Assembly (NCBI GenBank): GCA_905178155.1
Contig: CAJINV010000003.1
Span: forward strand, 5,547,985 to 5,611,984
Source of the DNA: Amoebophrya sp. A120
Lineage: Eukaryota; Protista; Dinoflagellata
Length of the DNA: 64,000 bases
Direction: 5' to 3'
Part shown: in pieces, positions 12,411 to 24,400 of the stretch
How positions within the stretch are numbered: the stretch's first letter is position 1
Layout of the letters: each line of letters opens with the position of its first letter
Position numbers and translations under genes: made by a program
The notes under the pieces: generated by a model
Database searches by the model: none
What the model saw: only the letters and a program-made list of their open reading frames with translations
Told to the model about the DNA's origin: nothing

Positions 12411-15400
12411 CTAGCACCACCAAATGCCTTTCCCTCTTTGGACGCCGGGGGGACATACTTCTAGCCAAGATTCTTTCCTGTAGACCGCGTTCCAGAAGGA
12501 GCCTGCGACCCCCTGTCTTCCTTCCGAAAACGTCGCGTCGTGCAGTTTGCGGTCGATTTCGAGAATCTGTTCTTCGCGGTCTACTGCACCCGAAGATCCG
12601 TCAGTTTCTTTCTCCGTCAGCACTTGATGACGCACCACCGGCGCAAGCACTTCCGCAAGAAAAACGCGCTCACCGTCGCGCTCGTGGCCCGCCCGCCTGC
12701 GGTCGTTGCCTCGCGTTGTCTCAAAGCTCCGGTCAAGGAGGAAGAAGAGCACCCGCTGCGTGAGGTGCACAATCAAAGTTTCTCGAAGTTGCTTCGGATC
12801 CCCCTCGGGCCACTCGAGCGTCGCGAAATCCGCAGAAGGGGTTGCAGCCAACACCTCCCGCGCGCAGGGTGTCAGTTGCCGGCATTCTCTGAAATAAACA
12901 GAGTTCCCAAAGGAGTCGAAGCCGGTAAAACCGGCTTTTGTAGTTGTCGCCCGAAAATCATATGGACTATCATTAAACCCTGCCAGCGGTGGTGCAAGCT
13001 CAAATTGCTGACCATGATGAACAACTACCTTCTCGGACGAAATAGTACCAGTGCTCGAGGACGAGGACTGAAAACTCGCACCTCTCGCCGGAGCTTCGGC
13101 AGAAGAAGCTGAGTGAGCGTGATGCTCATGCACGTCGCGGCCGGAACGGCACCTCCCCTTCCCTCCCTTGCGCATCAGCTTGTATTGCCGGTGGAGTACC
13201 GGACAGAAAAGAGCTAGCATGATGTCACATCCTTGAAAGTGAGAGTGAAGCCACTTGCTGCACAGTATATGTAGATGTATAATAAGTCTTGGAGGACTTT
13301 TTGAAATCACTATCACGCTACTTAACGGCATTAGCGTGATTTCAAGACATACCAAGGAGAGGACAGAGAGAGAGAAACTGTGAAGCGTGGCGTGCCATTT
13401 CAGGTCCAAAAGCAGGAGATATTAAGCATAAGCTTTTTACTATCACTAGACTAATAAACTCGTCACAACTCGCATGACATAGAGACAGACATCACGCCGT
13501 CGAATTTTCTGTACGATAGAAAGAGGAAGAACCACCTCTGGCAAATACCACGTACCTATCAGATTCAGAACGTCCATGCGAGGCTCGTCTCCTTCGACGT
13601 AAAGTCGGATGAGGGCAATCCGTAGCTTCTTCATCCACAAGGGCACCCAGTACTGCTGTATTGTAGCATCAGGGTCAAAAACGTCAAACGTGGGCTCTTG
13701 CATGCGGCCGGGCGGGGTCAGAACCTCACACGATAGAAAACACGACGATGCCGGTGCTGTAATATCCTACAGAAATAAACTACAGCCCCGCGGCTCAGTG
13801 TAAAATATCACATCAGAATACCGTTGGTACTGCAATTTTTGGCATAATTTCTCCTGTGAAAATGGCACATGCCCCGGTCGGAAGAGCGGTTGAACTTCCC
13901 CTGATTCCGAATGTACAGGGGCACTAAGAGTGATGCAATTATATTTGTGGCATCTGCACAAACATGACAATTTCTTTTGATGCCCTCCCATCTGCTCGAC
14001 AACACAAATTTTTTTGATGCCCTTACCATGTATAGGCAAATTGCATATATTTCGCGTCAAAAGGAGCGTCCATCGCAGATTTTTTATTTGGCGACGCTTA
14101 CATCTGGTCGATAGAGCAAACATTTTCTGACCTGGGTGTAATTAGTCTTCTGTAGGATCATACGCTTGTTCTTGCGCAGGCGCAGCTGGCACCGATGCTC
14201 TACTTGGGGTCGTGCCAGTGGCGTCCCCTCCTGATGCTGGAGGACGGGCTGCAACCGTTGGTGGCAACTGGTAAAAACCGCACGACGTCGACGGCCGTCG
14301 TGGATCGTCCGGGCTGCGAGGTGAAGAGGGTGAGGGTGTTTGGATGAACGTACCAGTATCATCGTCCATTTTATGTTCTCCATGATCTGCTGCTTCCAAA
14401 GGCGGAGGAGGCTGCTGCTGCGCGCAAAAATGGTCGACGCAGTCCACGATCTTGACGCTCCCGTTCTGGAATTGCGCCATGTAGTCCGCCCGGCCGCTGG
14501 GGTCCGCTAGAGCTTTAACACCCGTTAGCATGAGAAGTGGTGAATTTGTAGTAAATTTTGCATGCCAAATTGCAGATGAGTCCGCCGGGACATTGTCCCT
14601 CTTGGCCCTGTTCTGGGAAGTAGAAGGCCCTGCACCGCGCAGCAGCCGCGGGCTTTTGTGCAGTGGGCAGCCAGAGGACATGGCCCGGGCGCCGTTCTTT
14701 GGGCAGATTTTTGCGCCTCCGCGTTCCCGCAGAAGAGCACTGCAGCAGCGGCGGCAAAGACGCCAGAAATAAAGGCTGCGAAGCGCATACAACTAAGCAA
14801 GAAGGCAGGCAAGGACGAAAGGACCCGGCCGAGAGCTTTGACGCATTTTCCCGGCAGGCATGTGAAATCATCTTGCGGCATTTTCAGCAGAATACAGACG
14901 GGCTTAGGGCAACAGAGGACTCCGCTTTTTCCCCCTTTGCGTTCCTTCTCATGGCCTATCTGTGCACTTTTTTGAGCACTTTTCTGCGCTAAAGTTTGCT
15001 TATCACGGTCGAAAATGGGCGCCCGGTGAATTTTGGGGTGAATTTTGAAAAGGGCGCCGGTGAATTTTGGCCTCCGGCTCCTTTTCAAAATTCGCTAGCG
15101 TGTGAGAAACTCCGGGTTTGGGGGCTTTAAAAAAGTGTCGCAAAAACAAAAAGCCTCAAAATTCACCAAGAGAATTCTTGACCTGAGAGCCACGTCGAAA
15201 AAGACTTGCTCCGGGGGCAAAAACACGCCTGGGGAGTTGTAAGCCGAGCACACCAGGCCAAGCAAGCTAGTGCCCGTAGCCGAGTCGTGCCTTCCCTTCC
15301 ACCAGAGGGGGCTACTCCCAGATATCCAATTCCAAGCCACAACCACAACTCGTGAGAGCGCACGTGTTGAACTAGTGCCCCTGTGTTCAGGCGTCGCCCT

Positions 15401-16799
15401 CCCTCCCGACCATTCCGGAGAGGAACTTCTGAGGCAGACGCGCAGATGAACAAGAGCCCCACGATCCACCTTCTTTGGTTACATACGCACTACACAGCCC
15501 GGCGAGCCCCCGCAAGACCACCTCGTCTTTCGGTGCTGCAAGCGCCACCACGCGACGAGCAGCCCTTCACGCTCTGTGGGATGCTTGGGCTCGTGTCCAT
15601 ACGTAGCGCACTTTTCTTTTAAGTAAATGCAAGTCATGCAATACAAATTCACCCTTCTGTACGCTAACGACCGTCCAAGGCGTAACCCCTTCTGGAATTG
15701 CGCCATGTAGTCCGCCCGGCCGCTGGGGTCCGCGATCGACGGCATGATTGGGGGGCTAACTACGTCAAGATCAACTTCTTGGGCGGCGCTGTCAGAAGAA
15801 CTCGACACCGGTCCTCCCCGTGGTCGTTCCACACCACGACCTGAGCGCACAGAGGGTTCTTGATCTGGTCGGCGCCTTGGTGAGAATACATGTTGCCCAC
15901 GCGGGCTCTCTTCCTCGTACAACCGCACACCGCCGGGCAAACCGGGGTCCAACGAAATACTCAGTCCGCGAGTCGTATCATTTTTGGGCGAAATCATGTA
16001 GACCAGTGGTGGTCCTCGAACAATGAAGTCTCTCCATGCTCCTGTCAAAATAAAAACTCCCCCCTCCCCATATCAAAACGGAGATTTGCGTAGCATGGTT
16101 ATCAAGTGAGTAGTCATGCTAGAAGGCAAAAGATGCAGACTGTCGTGCTGGATGGCGTCGGAAAGCCTTGCGTCTTGCTTCAGCGTGACAGGAGGCAACT
16201 CCACTGGAAGTGGGAAACAGCATGACCAATTGCCTGCAAAACAGGCCAAGACTGCGTCTCTTGTTGGCCTTCTAGCGAAGATACATACAAGTCGATTGGT
16301 GTAGTACGCAAAGAGAGCATCACAAATGTCCTTCTCGATATGGGTAGGGGGGATAATTTTTCTTTACAATACATGCCCGGCTTTCATCATGCCCCTGCTG
16401 CTGCGGCGACCGCGATGAGCAGCTCGCGGAGCTCTCCATACCGGGCGACGAACCCGGTGGTCCTGTGCTGGCGGCGCCGGGCGACGGATCAGCTCCGGGT
16501 GGTGACTCAGGACCTGAGTCGTGGTCAAAAAGGGGCCGCTTTCCTCCTTCTTCTGGATCTGGGATATTTGTGGTATAATTATTCGCTGTCCCTCCGTGAC
16601 AATCATTTGCCGGCAACGTCGGGGGTCGGGGCTCTTCTAAACTCGAGCTGTACATGCGCACAGCTCCGACCCGCCAAATGCAGCTGCATAATAGCGGAGT
16701 AATTCTCTTTCGGCAGAGCCACGACATCTTCGATCTTAGGGTTACAGACGGTGATGTAGAAGATGCTGTTTCGGATTCAACAAAAAAAATGCGTATCAA
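12411..16799 (-). CDS. Hypothetical multi-exon gene(s), possibly partly decayed
   Basis: ORFs 16320-16799 and 15479-16048 join across introner 16040-16371 (ESRA|WRDFIV); 15479-16048 and 14142-14792 share the duplicated ADPSGRADYMAQFQ; further minus ORFs at 13446-13703 and 12411-13409; no recognisable domain. Confidence 0.4.
13763..14159 (-). mobile_element. Possible degenerate introner
   Basis: IR tatcctacagaaataaactaca / tgtaattagtcttctgtaggatc; DR not conserved; ORF 14142-14792 terminates inside it. Confidence 0.45.
14464..15733. repeat. Segment bounded by an exact 44-bp direct repeat of coding sequence
   Basis: ttctggaattgcgccatgtagtccgcccggccgctggggtccgc at 14464-14507 and 15690-15733. 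Confidence 0.9.
16040..16371 (-). mobile_element. Non-canonical introner intron, family D
   Basis: Imperfect long TIR (aaaaactcccccctccccatatcaaaacggagatttg / caaatgtccttctcgatatgggtaggggggataattttt); perfect DR catgc at 16035-16039 and 16372-16376; restores frame. Confidence 0.8.
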
Positions 16800-19636
16800 G
16801 AAACAAACTGAAGTGGTACTTTATTTGGAGCTGGTAACGACAAACGAACGGCGCGATTGTGCAATAAGAATAAACAAATTTGATTTCAAACTAAAAACCA
16901 CAATGAAGTCTAACTGGAGCTAGACGCAATCGATTTTCTTGGACAATCGCCACCAGCGTGACGCAGGTCTTGCATGGATGTGACACCGAGCCTCTTAGTG
17001 AAATAAAAATTGAGATTATATTTATGCAGCCCCCTGCAAAGTATATAAGAGCACCGATCTTCTAGAAGACGTGTTAGGTTCCGCTGTCAGTTAGGTTGCG
17101 GTGCGTCGCAGTGCCGTTGAAGCCTCGTAACTATCATTAACCTTTAGTATTCATATTGTCCGTTCTGCCGAATACGACAGAAATCGGTTTCTCAAGCAAA
17201 CTCTAAGCAAGTAGGAAGTGAATAGGAGACAAGATCTGTTGGAAATTGCCGAGGCAGACAGCCGGACCACGACCACCGACCCCGCTGCTCAGAAAATGAT
17301 TTGTTAATGCGGTGGTGCGGGTTCTCCATACGTCTATCACGGAGTGAGATCTTTTCTGGTGAAGTTTGTTTGTTTGTTGTGACTGATCTATCATGTGGAA
17401 CCTGTTGAAGTTTTTCCTTTAGCCTCACGTCGTTAGCGCTGCTTTATCTTTAACAAAAAACACACGCTGGCTAAGCGACTTGTGGCTTAGACCCGAGGAG
17501 AAGGCGCCGCTGCTTAAAAAGTGAAATTTGCGTTTCATTTTCTCTCGATGAATTTTCAGGCACCTCGTCTTCAGTCCACCTGTCGCCAGCTCTTTGCGAG
17601 TCCGTGTCCTTGGCCATTGAGCTTCATACATCAACATCGTAAGTTGGTCCTGACGTTGCATGCTGGTCTTCACGCTGCAGCACCGTGCCCACGCAGGCCT
17701 TTCCCTATTCCGCGAAGCAGCCCCGGTTAAGTAAGCACGTCCCCACCAAGCTGCGCAGCTTCCTGGTGCGGACGAGCCCGAACCTGTCAGGAAGGTTGTA
17801 GCTGTACCTTCGCAGTGGCTCCTGTGCTGTCCGTTCCCCGCTCTTCAGTTCCTCGTCCCGTTCGTTCGTATAATCTGCTCGCGCTCGTCGTCGCGACGGC
17901 GCTTGTCCTCCTTTCTAACATTGCTCCATAGGCGGTCGCCAGCATATGAACGGACAAACTCCGAAAAGGTAACATAAATACGGCGAAACGATTCGAGGAG
18001 TTGCAGCATGGCCCCGAAATGGGTCGAGAATTTGACAGTTCTCGACTTGGGTCATTCGAGATTTTGGGACGGTGCAAAAAAAACGACTCGAGATTTTGCG
18101 CAGGTGCCTCTGAATCGATTCGAGAATTTGAAGGGGAGCAAAAAAAACGACTCGAGATTTCGCGAAGGTGTCTCTTGAGTCGAGTCGATTTCTGCGAGAA
18201 CGGGCAAGTGGAGAAGCGCTTGTGGGGCCTTCTGGGTGTCGCAAAAGGCGTCCCGGCCGCAGTATGCGCGGGGCCCCCGAGTGCCCGAACAAATGGCCCG
18301 GCCGGAACCATTCGAGGGCCCGAAGTGGCCCCGGCCGGGGTGCTTCGGGTTTTTGAGAGGCTTCGGCCGCCTTTTTTTGTTGAGAATCTATCTCGGAGGA
18401 GCAGCCCGGCCGCGGCAACGAACTGTCTGTTGCCTGCCTTTCTAACATTGCTCCATCGGCGGTCGCCAGCACGAACTCACCGACAACGCACCGAGGTAAC
18501 TCACCGACATTGCTCCATCGCCGCCCTGGTACCGACAACGTGAGGCTTTGCCTGCTCCAAAATCTCATGCCCTTGTGGCCAAGGGCATGAGATTCCGGGC
18601 TCCGAAGCCTCATGCTCTGGTGCCGAGGGCATGAGATTTTGCCTGCTCCAAAATCTTACGCCCTTGTGGCCAAGGGCATGAGATTCCGGGCTCCGAAATC
18701 TCAGCGCTCGATATTAATAACCTTCCCCCGACGGGTTCACGCCTGTGACGCCTGCCGCCGCCACCCCATCTCGACCTTCCTCTGCCGGAACCGTTTTGCT
18801 GCCCTACTCGAGCACCGTGCCACAAAAGCCACACCAATCCCCTGCGTGTGCTGCTTCTGCTCTACCCCGGTTCCCCTGCAGGGGATGGCCGGACGTGCTG
18901 CGTGCCAGCATTGTGATGCCATGGGCAGGCAAGTACGACGCTCATCCCCCTAGCCTGCTGGCCCCACAGTCGGCGCGGCCGTTGGACTTGGGAGGGCAGT
19001 CATGCCATAGCTTCGCAATTCGGTAGCTTTGTATTTGTTTTATACGATAGGAAGCAACCTGCGGCGCGCTGAAAAACAAAAAACAAGTTGCCTGGGTATC
19101 TTTCGGGCCGGCAACCTCCCGGCGTGGATATCTGCGGCCTCACGCTCTCCGTCTTGTCCAGGACAAGAACCCACTTCCGGAAGGCCCTCGGCTTTGCATT
19201 TTGTCCTTTTTGGCGCAGCCGCTGGCCCGGCGGCTTCCACGATGCGCATGCTCCTCGATTTCCCTGCTAATCTTTTGCGGTTTTTTAAAAGTGCCCACAC
19301 AACACATGATCACTCACCCTGTGTTTTTTTTTGCTATGGTAGGCGATGGCACAAAAATTAATTCCATCACTACGCGCGCATCGTAAACATTTCACAGGAC
19401 TAACATCAGACAATGTCAGGCAAACTGCGGTTTTCGTTTCTCTGGGTAACATTGCTCCATAGGCGGTCGCCAGCACGAACTCCAATACAGAGAGCGCGAA
19501 CAAAAAACACTCATCGGTTCTTTTTGGTAAGATGTAAGATGGCTGCGGTCGGTGTCAGTATCCATCGTGACTGGAGCGCGCAGAAGTGACGTAGAATTCG
19601 GTTTCAAGTTACACGACGAGGTTCATCTCATGATCG

Positions 19637-19678
19637 GTCACTGAGAGTCACTGAGAGTCACTGAGAGTCACTGAGAGT
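19637..19678. repeat. 10-bp tandem repeat (gtcactgaga) x4
   Basis: Directly visible. Confidence 0.9.
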
Positions 19679-20005
19679 TCTTTACATCGCGCCTGCACCC
19701 AGCGCGCGTTTTGATCTGGGGAAGATGTTTTGAGCTGTCGACGAGTCCATCGAATTCCAGTGACGAATTTAACGTTTTCCGCGTGGGCCGCACAACGGTA
19801 TTTCCTGTGCTCCGTACATCGAGTTCCAGCGACGAATTTATTGTCTTCCGCATCTGCCGCACAGCGATAAATTCCGCAGCCGCCAAGAAACGCTGACGCC
19901 TGTTCCGTTGCGGGCGGTGAAACTTCTATTCAGCAAAGAAGCCTCCGCCGACTTCCCCCAGCAAAAGCCTCTACTCATCAACAAAGAAATGCGGCAACAA
20001 AGAAG

Positions 20006-20629
20006 ATGGCGCAGTCCATAATTGTCGCAAGTCTAGATGAAGCTGAAGCCCTGCTACAAAGCATCGACGGCGCTCAGCCTTTTACATGGATCAAGGGTAA
20101 CAACCAGTCGCTCCCGTTTGACGACGACCCAAGCACCGGTGAGAAAAGGCGAAGGATCTTTGAGTACATCGCTGAAGATGGGGCTACGGCTGCAGTGCAG
20201 GTCGACTATAGTGCGTTCAACGTTGATTACTCGGCGTTCAACCAGCAGCAACAAAAGCAGAAACCTAGTGGAGCAAAAGCAGGCGAACAGCAGCACTCGT
20301 CCAAGAAAGCAATCTCCAATGGCACTCCTCCGCCCACTACCTCTTCATCGCCCAATGACGACGAGGACGACGGTGCCACAGATTTTGCGACGCTGGACTA
20401 CGATACGCTGTTTCTGAAAATCCTCACTCAGAACGTGAAGGCCGCGCAGCTCTCGGAGGGGCACCAGGATGCCTACAGACATGCCGATGGGTATGACATC
20501 GTTTTCCAGACCGAGACAAATTTGCTACGTTCCGCTGACCGCCTTGCATACAAGAAGTTGCTTCCCGATGAAGCGCAGCCGGCACCAGAAGATGACGCTG
20601 CTCAAGGGGTAAAAAGAATAACTTCATAA
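20006..20629 (+). CDS. Hypothetical 207-aa protein, intronless, on the strand opposite to all other genes
   Basis: ATG after an A-rich leader; protein-like composition (MAQSIIVASLDEAEALLQSIDG...); TAA is the first three bases of the 44-bp repeat. Confidence 0.55.
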   Translation: MAQSIIVASLDEAEALLQSIDGAQPFTWIKGNNQSLPFDDDPSTGEKRRRIFEYIAEDGATAAVQVDYSAFNVDYSAFNQQQQKQKPSGAKAGEQQHSSKKAISNGTPPPTTSSSPNDDEDDGATDFATLDYDTLFLKILTQNVKAAQLSEGHQDAYRHADGYDIVFQTETNLLRSADRLAYKKLLPDEAQPAPEDDAAQGVKRITS

Positions 20630-21485
20630 CATTGCTCCATAGGCGGTCGCCAGCACGAACTCCAATACAGCGATTGATCGCCGAACTACAATACAGAGAT
20701 CGCTCAAACCGCTCGAGCCCGACTTGGTGAACCTCGCCAAAAGCCGTGCCGATAATCGGCTCGCAAGTGCTTCGCCCCCAAGTGCCGCGGATGTGATCTC
20801 GCCGCAAGACCGGATCAACCCGACCATGCGTTGTTCCGCTCGATTATCCATGTAGTCTTTCAAAAAGACCACTACTTCAGATCCTGCTAAACCTGCCCCC
20901 GGACGTCCTTTTTTTCGTCTGTGCAGCGATACCACAAGCGACCCGCGCCGTATTCTTGGCTTTCATATTCATCGTGGTGTCCTCGATTTTTGTCTTTGCT
21001 CTTTGTCTTTCCTTCGCACAATTTTTATATGATAGGGACGCGCTGGGTGTCGGCGTTCGACTTCGAGTTCGTGTTCGCCTGCGTTGGATTATGCGTATGC
21101 TCGCTCAGGCTAATTCAGATGTGGCAGTCAGCACCGCGTTGTTCGGCTTCTCCTTGGTCGTCGTCACGCCCAATTACAACCAGTTCAGGCAACGACTAGT
21201 CATTGTCGCCGTGCCGCCCCAGCTACTTACAACTTCTTGCGCGAAGATGAGCAGTAGATCTTCGACACCGGGGTGAACAACTACCTACTTACTTACACCA
21301 TTTTCTTCTTTTTTGCGTCGTCCAGAGAGCACGAGCACCACCTCGTCGACTACGTAAAGTCATTAATTTCAGGGGCACGACCTCCGCTCCTCGTCTGAGC
21401 CAGCCCTGCTTCCGTATTGGTATAATTGCATTCGTATTCCAAATCCAATCCATAGATCCGCCATCATTCGGTCAGAGCCCCGCAG

Positions 21486-24400
21486 TCACCTGAAATTTAG
21501 GAGCGCCCAGCCGGCCGCGGCGACATACACGGCGCCAGCAGCTGCGGTGACCGCCTGCACCGTCGTTTGAGCCAGCGCTAGCGTTTCACACAGAAAAGGA
21601 CTACACCCATAGTACTTAAGTATCTCCATCCTTTGAAAAATGATTGTTGCAGCTTATCGCGCAGCACGCGCCACTCTGCCTTGCATGTTCCGCAAGATAA
21701 ACGTATTTGGTCAGTACACATCGCCACCTCGTAATGAGCTATCATCATCATCATCATCATCATGTAGTGGACACCCGCACCGAGCGCCACAGGTCAAGGA
21801 TCCCCTCTCCGGTGGGTGGGCGAGGAAGCACTTTCGGCCTGGGCCTGCAAGTTGCGTTTAGCATGACAAGGAAGTGCCGCCATAATCGCGGTTCTCCCAT
21901 TTTCTATACATAGATGAACATGAGGTACAATTTATATATATCGCAACAGAAATACACTTTTTTTGTTTATTCCTGGCATGGGTACGGGTACTTTTCTTTG
22001 GATATCGCGGATTTATGGTGGTGGTCGTGGTGGTGGTCGTGGTGATGATCGGCTCCGTGTCACATGCAAATATGTCTTGGTCTGGAAAGTCAAAGTTGGA
22101 ACTGGTGCTGGCAATGCTGGTTATATATTCCTCAGAAATTTGTATTGCATGAGACCAACAGAAGTCGCAGCCTCTGTTGTGATGCAAAGCCGCAGTTTCT
22201 AATGCGGACTGCGCATGAGAAAGCTTTCTACACACTTCTTTTCTTATGCTGGGCTGCATGCGAAAGTGTTTCAATCGTCCACAGTTCAGCATCACAAGTT
22301 TCCAGAGCCAGACACATTTGCACTGAATACTCCGGAACGATCTGCCCCACCTCAACGCCCGGCACCCCGGTCGCAGTGACGGCTGCGTTGTATGACAATG
22401 CCCAACTCCCGCCCCTCTGATGCCGGAACGGCAACACAAGCAACGGCAGAAATGGGCGTTCCGCGTGACGAACCTACATACGGACTGTAGTACTGTTTCA
22501 GGTTTCGAAATTTGTCATGCAAACAGTGCTTCAACGCAAGTGGTGGATTCGGTATTTATTTCCATCACAAAAAATGAGGGGGAGGGGGAGTTGTGCACCG
22601 TCATACATTGATGTCGTTTTTCAGAACCTCCGCACGATCGGCGCTCAGCCCTGTCTCGCTAGGCCAGAACGTTTCCAGAAGCGCAAAGTCGTCGACACTC
22701 CCGCGCAGAGCGAAGGCAAAGTTCAACGTGAGAAACATATTCTCTCGGCGCCCCCGTGTTGTTTGTTCCACAGCGCTGGAAGGGGCAACTACCCCCACCG
22801 CGTACTTTATGCACATGAAAAGAAACGCCTCCTGAAGAACAAGAAACGCCTTGGTGATATAAAGAATCTTGATCTTCATCCCAATAAGGTACACAGACTG
22901 GGCAACGACCGGAGCAGAAAAGCACATCAGACTGGTCCATCAGCAGCATGGGAGGAAAGTCGGAACAGGACCAATCAGGCAGTGTCGTGCAAATTCGAAC
23001 ATTTTTCTGCATGTGCCAGCAACACAAATCGAAATCCTTGATGCATAACAGCAAAAAAAAAATCCGTGTCGCGAAAAGGCAGCCACGCGGTCCTGCTTTG
23101 ATTCAACTACAGAGTCTGAGGCTGCAAAATGTGCCTTAGTCATTCAGAATCTCTCTCATGCAAGAGAGAGAGAGAGAGAGAGAGCGAGAGCAGGTCCGGT
23201 AGTTGGAATAAACTTTCCACTCCAGCAGGCACATTTCGCATGTCGGAGGGCGGGGCACTTTTCATTTCGATACGTTGCCTGCGGTCTCCTTTATTATGCG
23301 CGTCGAAGAGCTCGGGCAGCAGCAGCAAACCCGGTGGTGGAGTTGTTGTTGTGATGAGTTGCGCAGAAACGACGGACAGAACTGGATTCTCCAGGTCGGA
23401 AATGGTCAAATTGGAAAGCCCCGACTGCTGCAGGAATGCTAGCGTGCCGTCCGCCATGGAACTTAGCAGGTCCGGGTCTTGCACCAGTTCCGTTTGGTCG
23501 ACGGTGTCGCTCACGGTCAAAATTTCCACGAATTGCCGCGGCGCGAGCCCTGGAGTCGTGGTCGTGGTCGTTGTCGTCGTGTCTTCCGCGCACCCCACAA
23601 AGTCTACCTCGGCCCCCGCGTCCGGGCAGAACAGGCGCGGGGCTTCGCCAGTGTACTGGGTCGTGTTGCACACTCTATCCCACAGAAAAAAGCAGGCAGG
23701 GTATATTGGTATTGGTATTGGTATTTGTAATGCAACAATAAACACACAGAAAGTTGTAGATCTGCCATGGGCGGCACCATAGCATTCTGTTTCGGATGAC
23801 CATGCGTGTATTCATGATTTTCATTTTTCTTTTTGCATATACGAGTATGACCTGCCTGCTTTTTTCTGTGCGATACACTGCACCCACTACCGCGAGCGCG
23901 TCCGAGCCGTTCATCGGCGGCAGCATACTATCGCTGGCCAGGAGCTGCTTCCAGTCCACACCTTCCACGTCGAGCCGGTCGCTTAGATACGAGTCCCCCC
24001 CGGGTTCCGTGCACCCCTGCTGGCAACACCCCAACAGGCAGCTCGCCGTTGGAAAACTGCCGTTTGCTAGCGCTTCGGCTTCCGAAAGGGCGATGCAGTA
24101 AGTATCCGGAAGTCTGCTGATATAGTACGCGTGGTCTGTCTGGTTCGGGGTGGGGCAGGTCACGCCCGCACATGTCGGGTAGCAGCTTTGCTCGCCACGG
24201 GAAGGCCAGCCGGACCGCAGTCGATAGTTGGCGTCGCAGCTTTTGCAGTATTCCGCTTCGTGCGCAACGCAAAACCCGGAGGTCTCCAGCTCGCCGTTGT
24301 GGCAAACGCACACGGTGGTCGTCGTCGTAGTTGTCGTCGTGGTCGTGTTCTCACCACACCCGACAAACTCCACCGCACTTCCGGCGGCGGGGCAAAAAAA

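Larger units (their letters stand above)
17910..20670. repeat. Four direct copies of a 29-44 bp motif separated by 0.5-1.1 kb unique segments
   Basis: taacattgctccataggcggtcgccagca(cgaactccaatacag) at 17916, 18443, 19447 and 20627; the last two are identical over 44 bp. Confidence 0.9.

Noticed and set aside
17916-20670. CRISPR array or integron attC cassettes (repeat begins TAAC and supplies a stop codon)
   Set aside because: Spacers are 0.5-1.1 kb and irregular, there is no cas or integrase gene and no attC palindrome, and the context is eukaryotic; kept only as an analogy
21741-23186. (CAT)n at about 21741-21763 and (GA)n at about 23163-23186
   Set aside because: Ordinary microsatellites, apparently intronic
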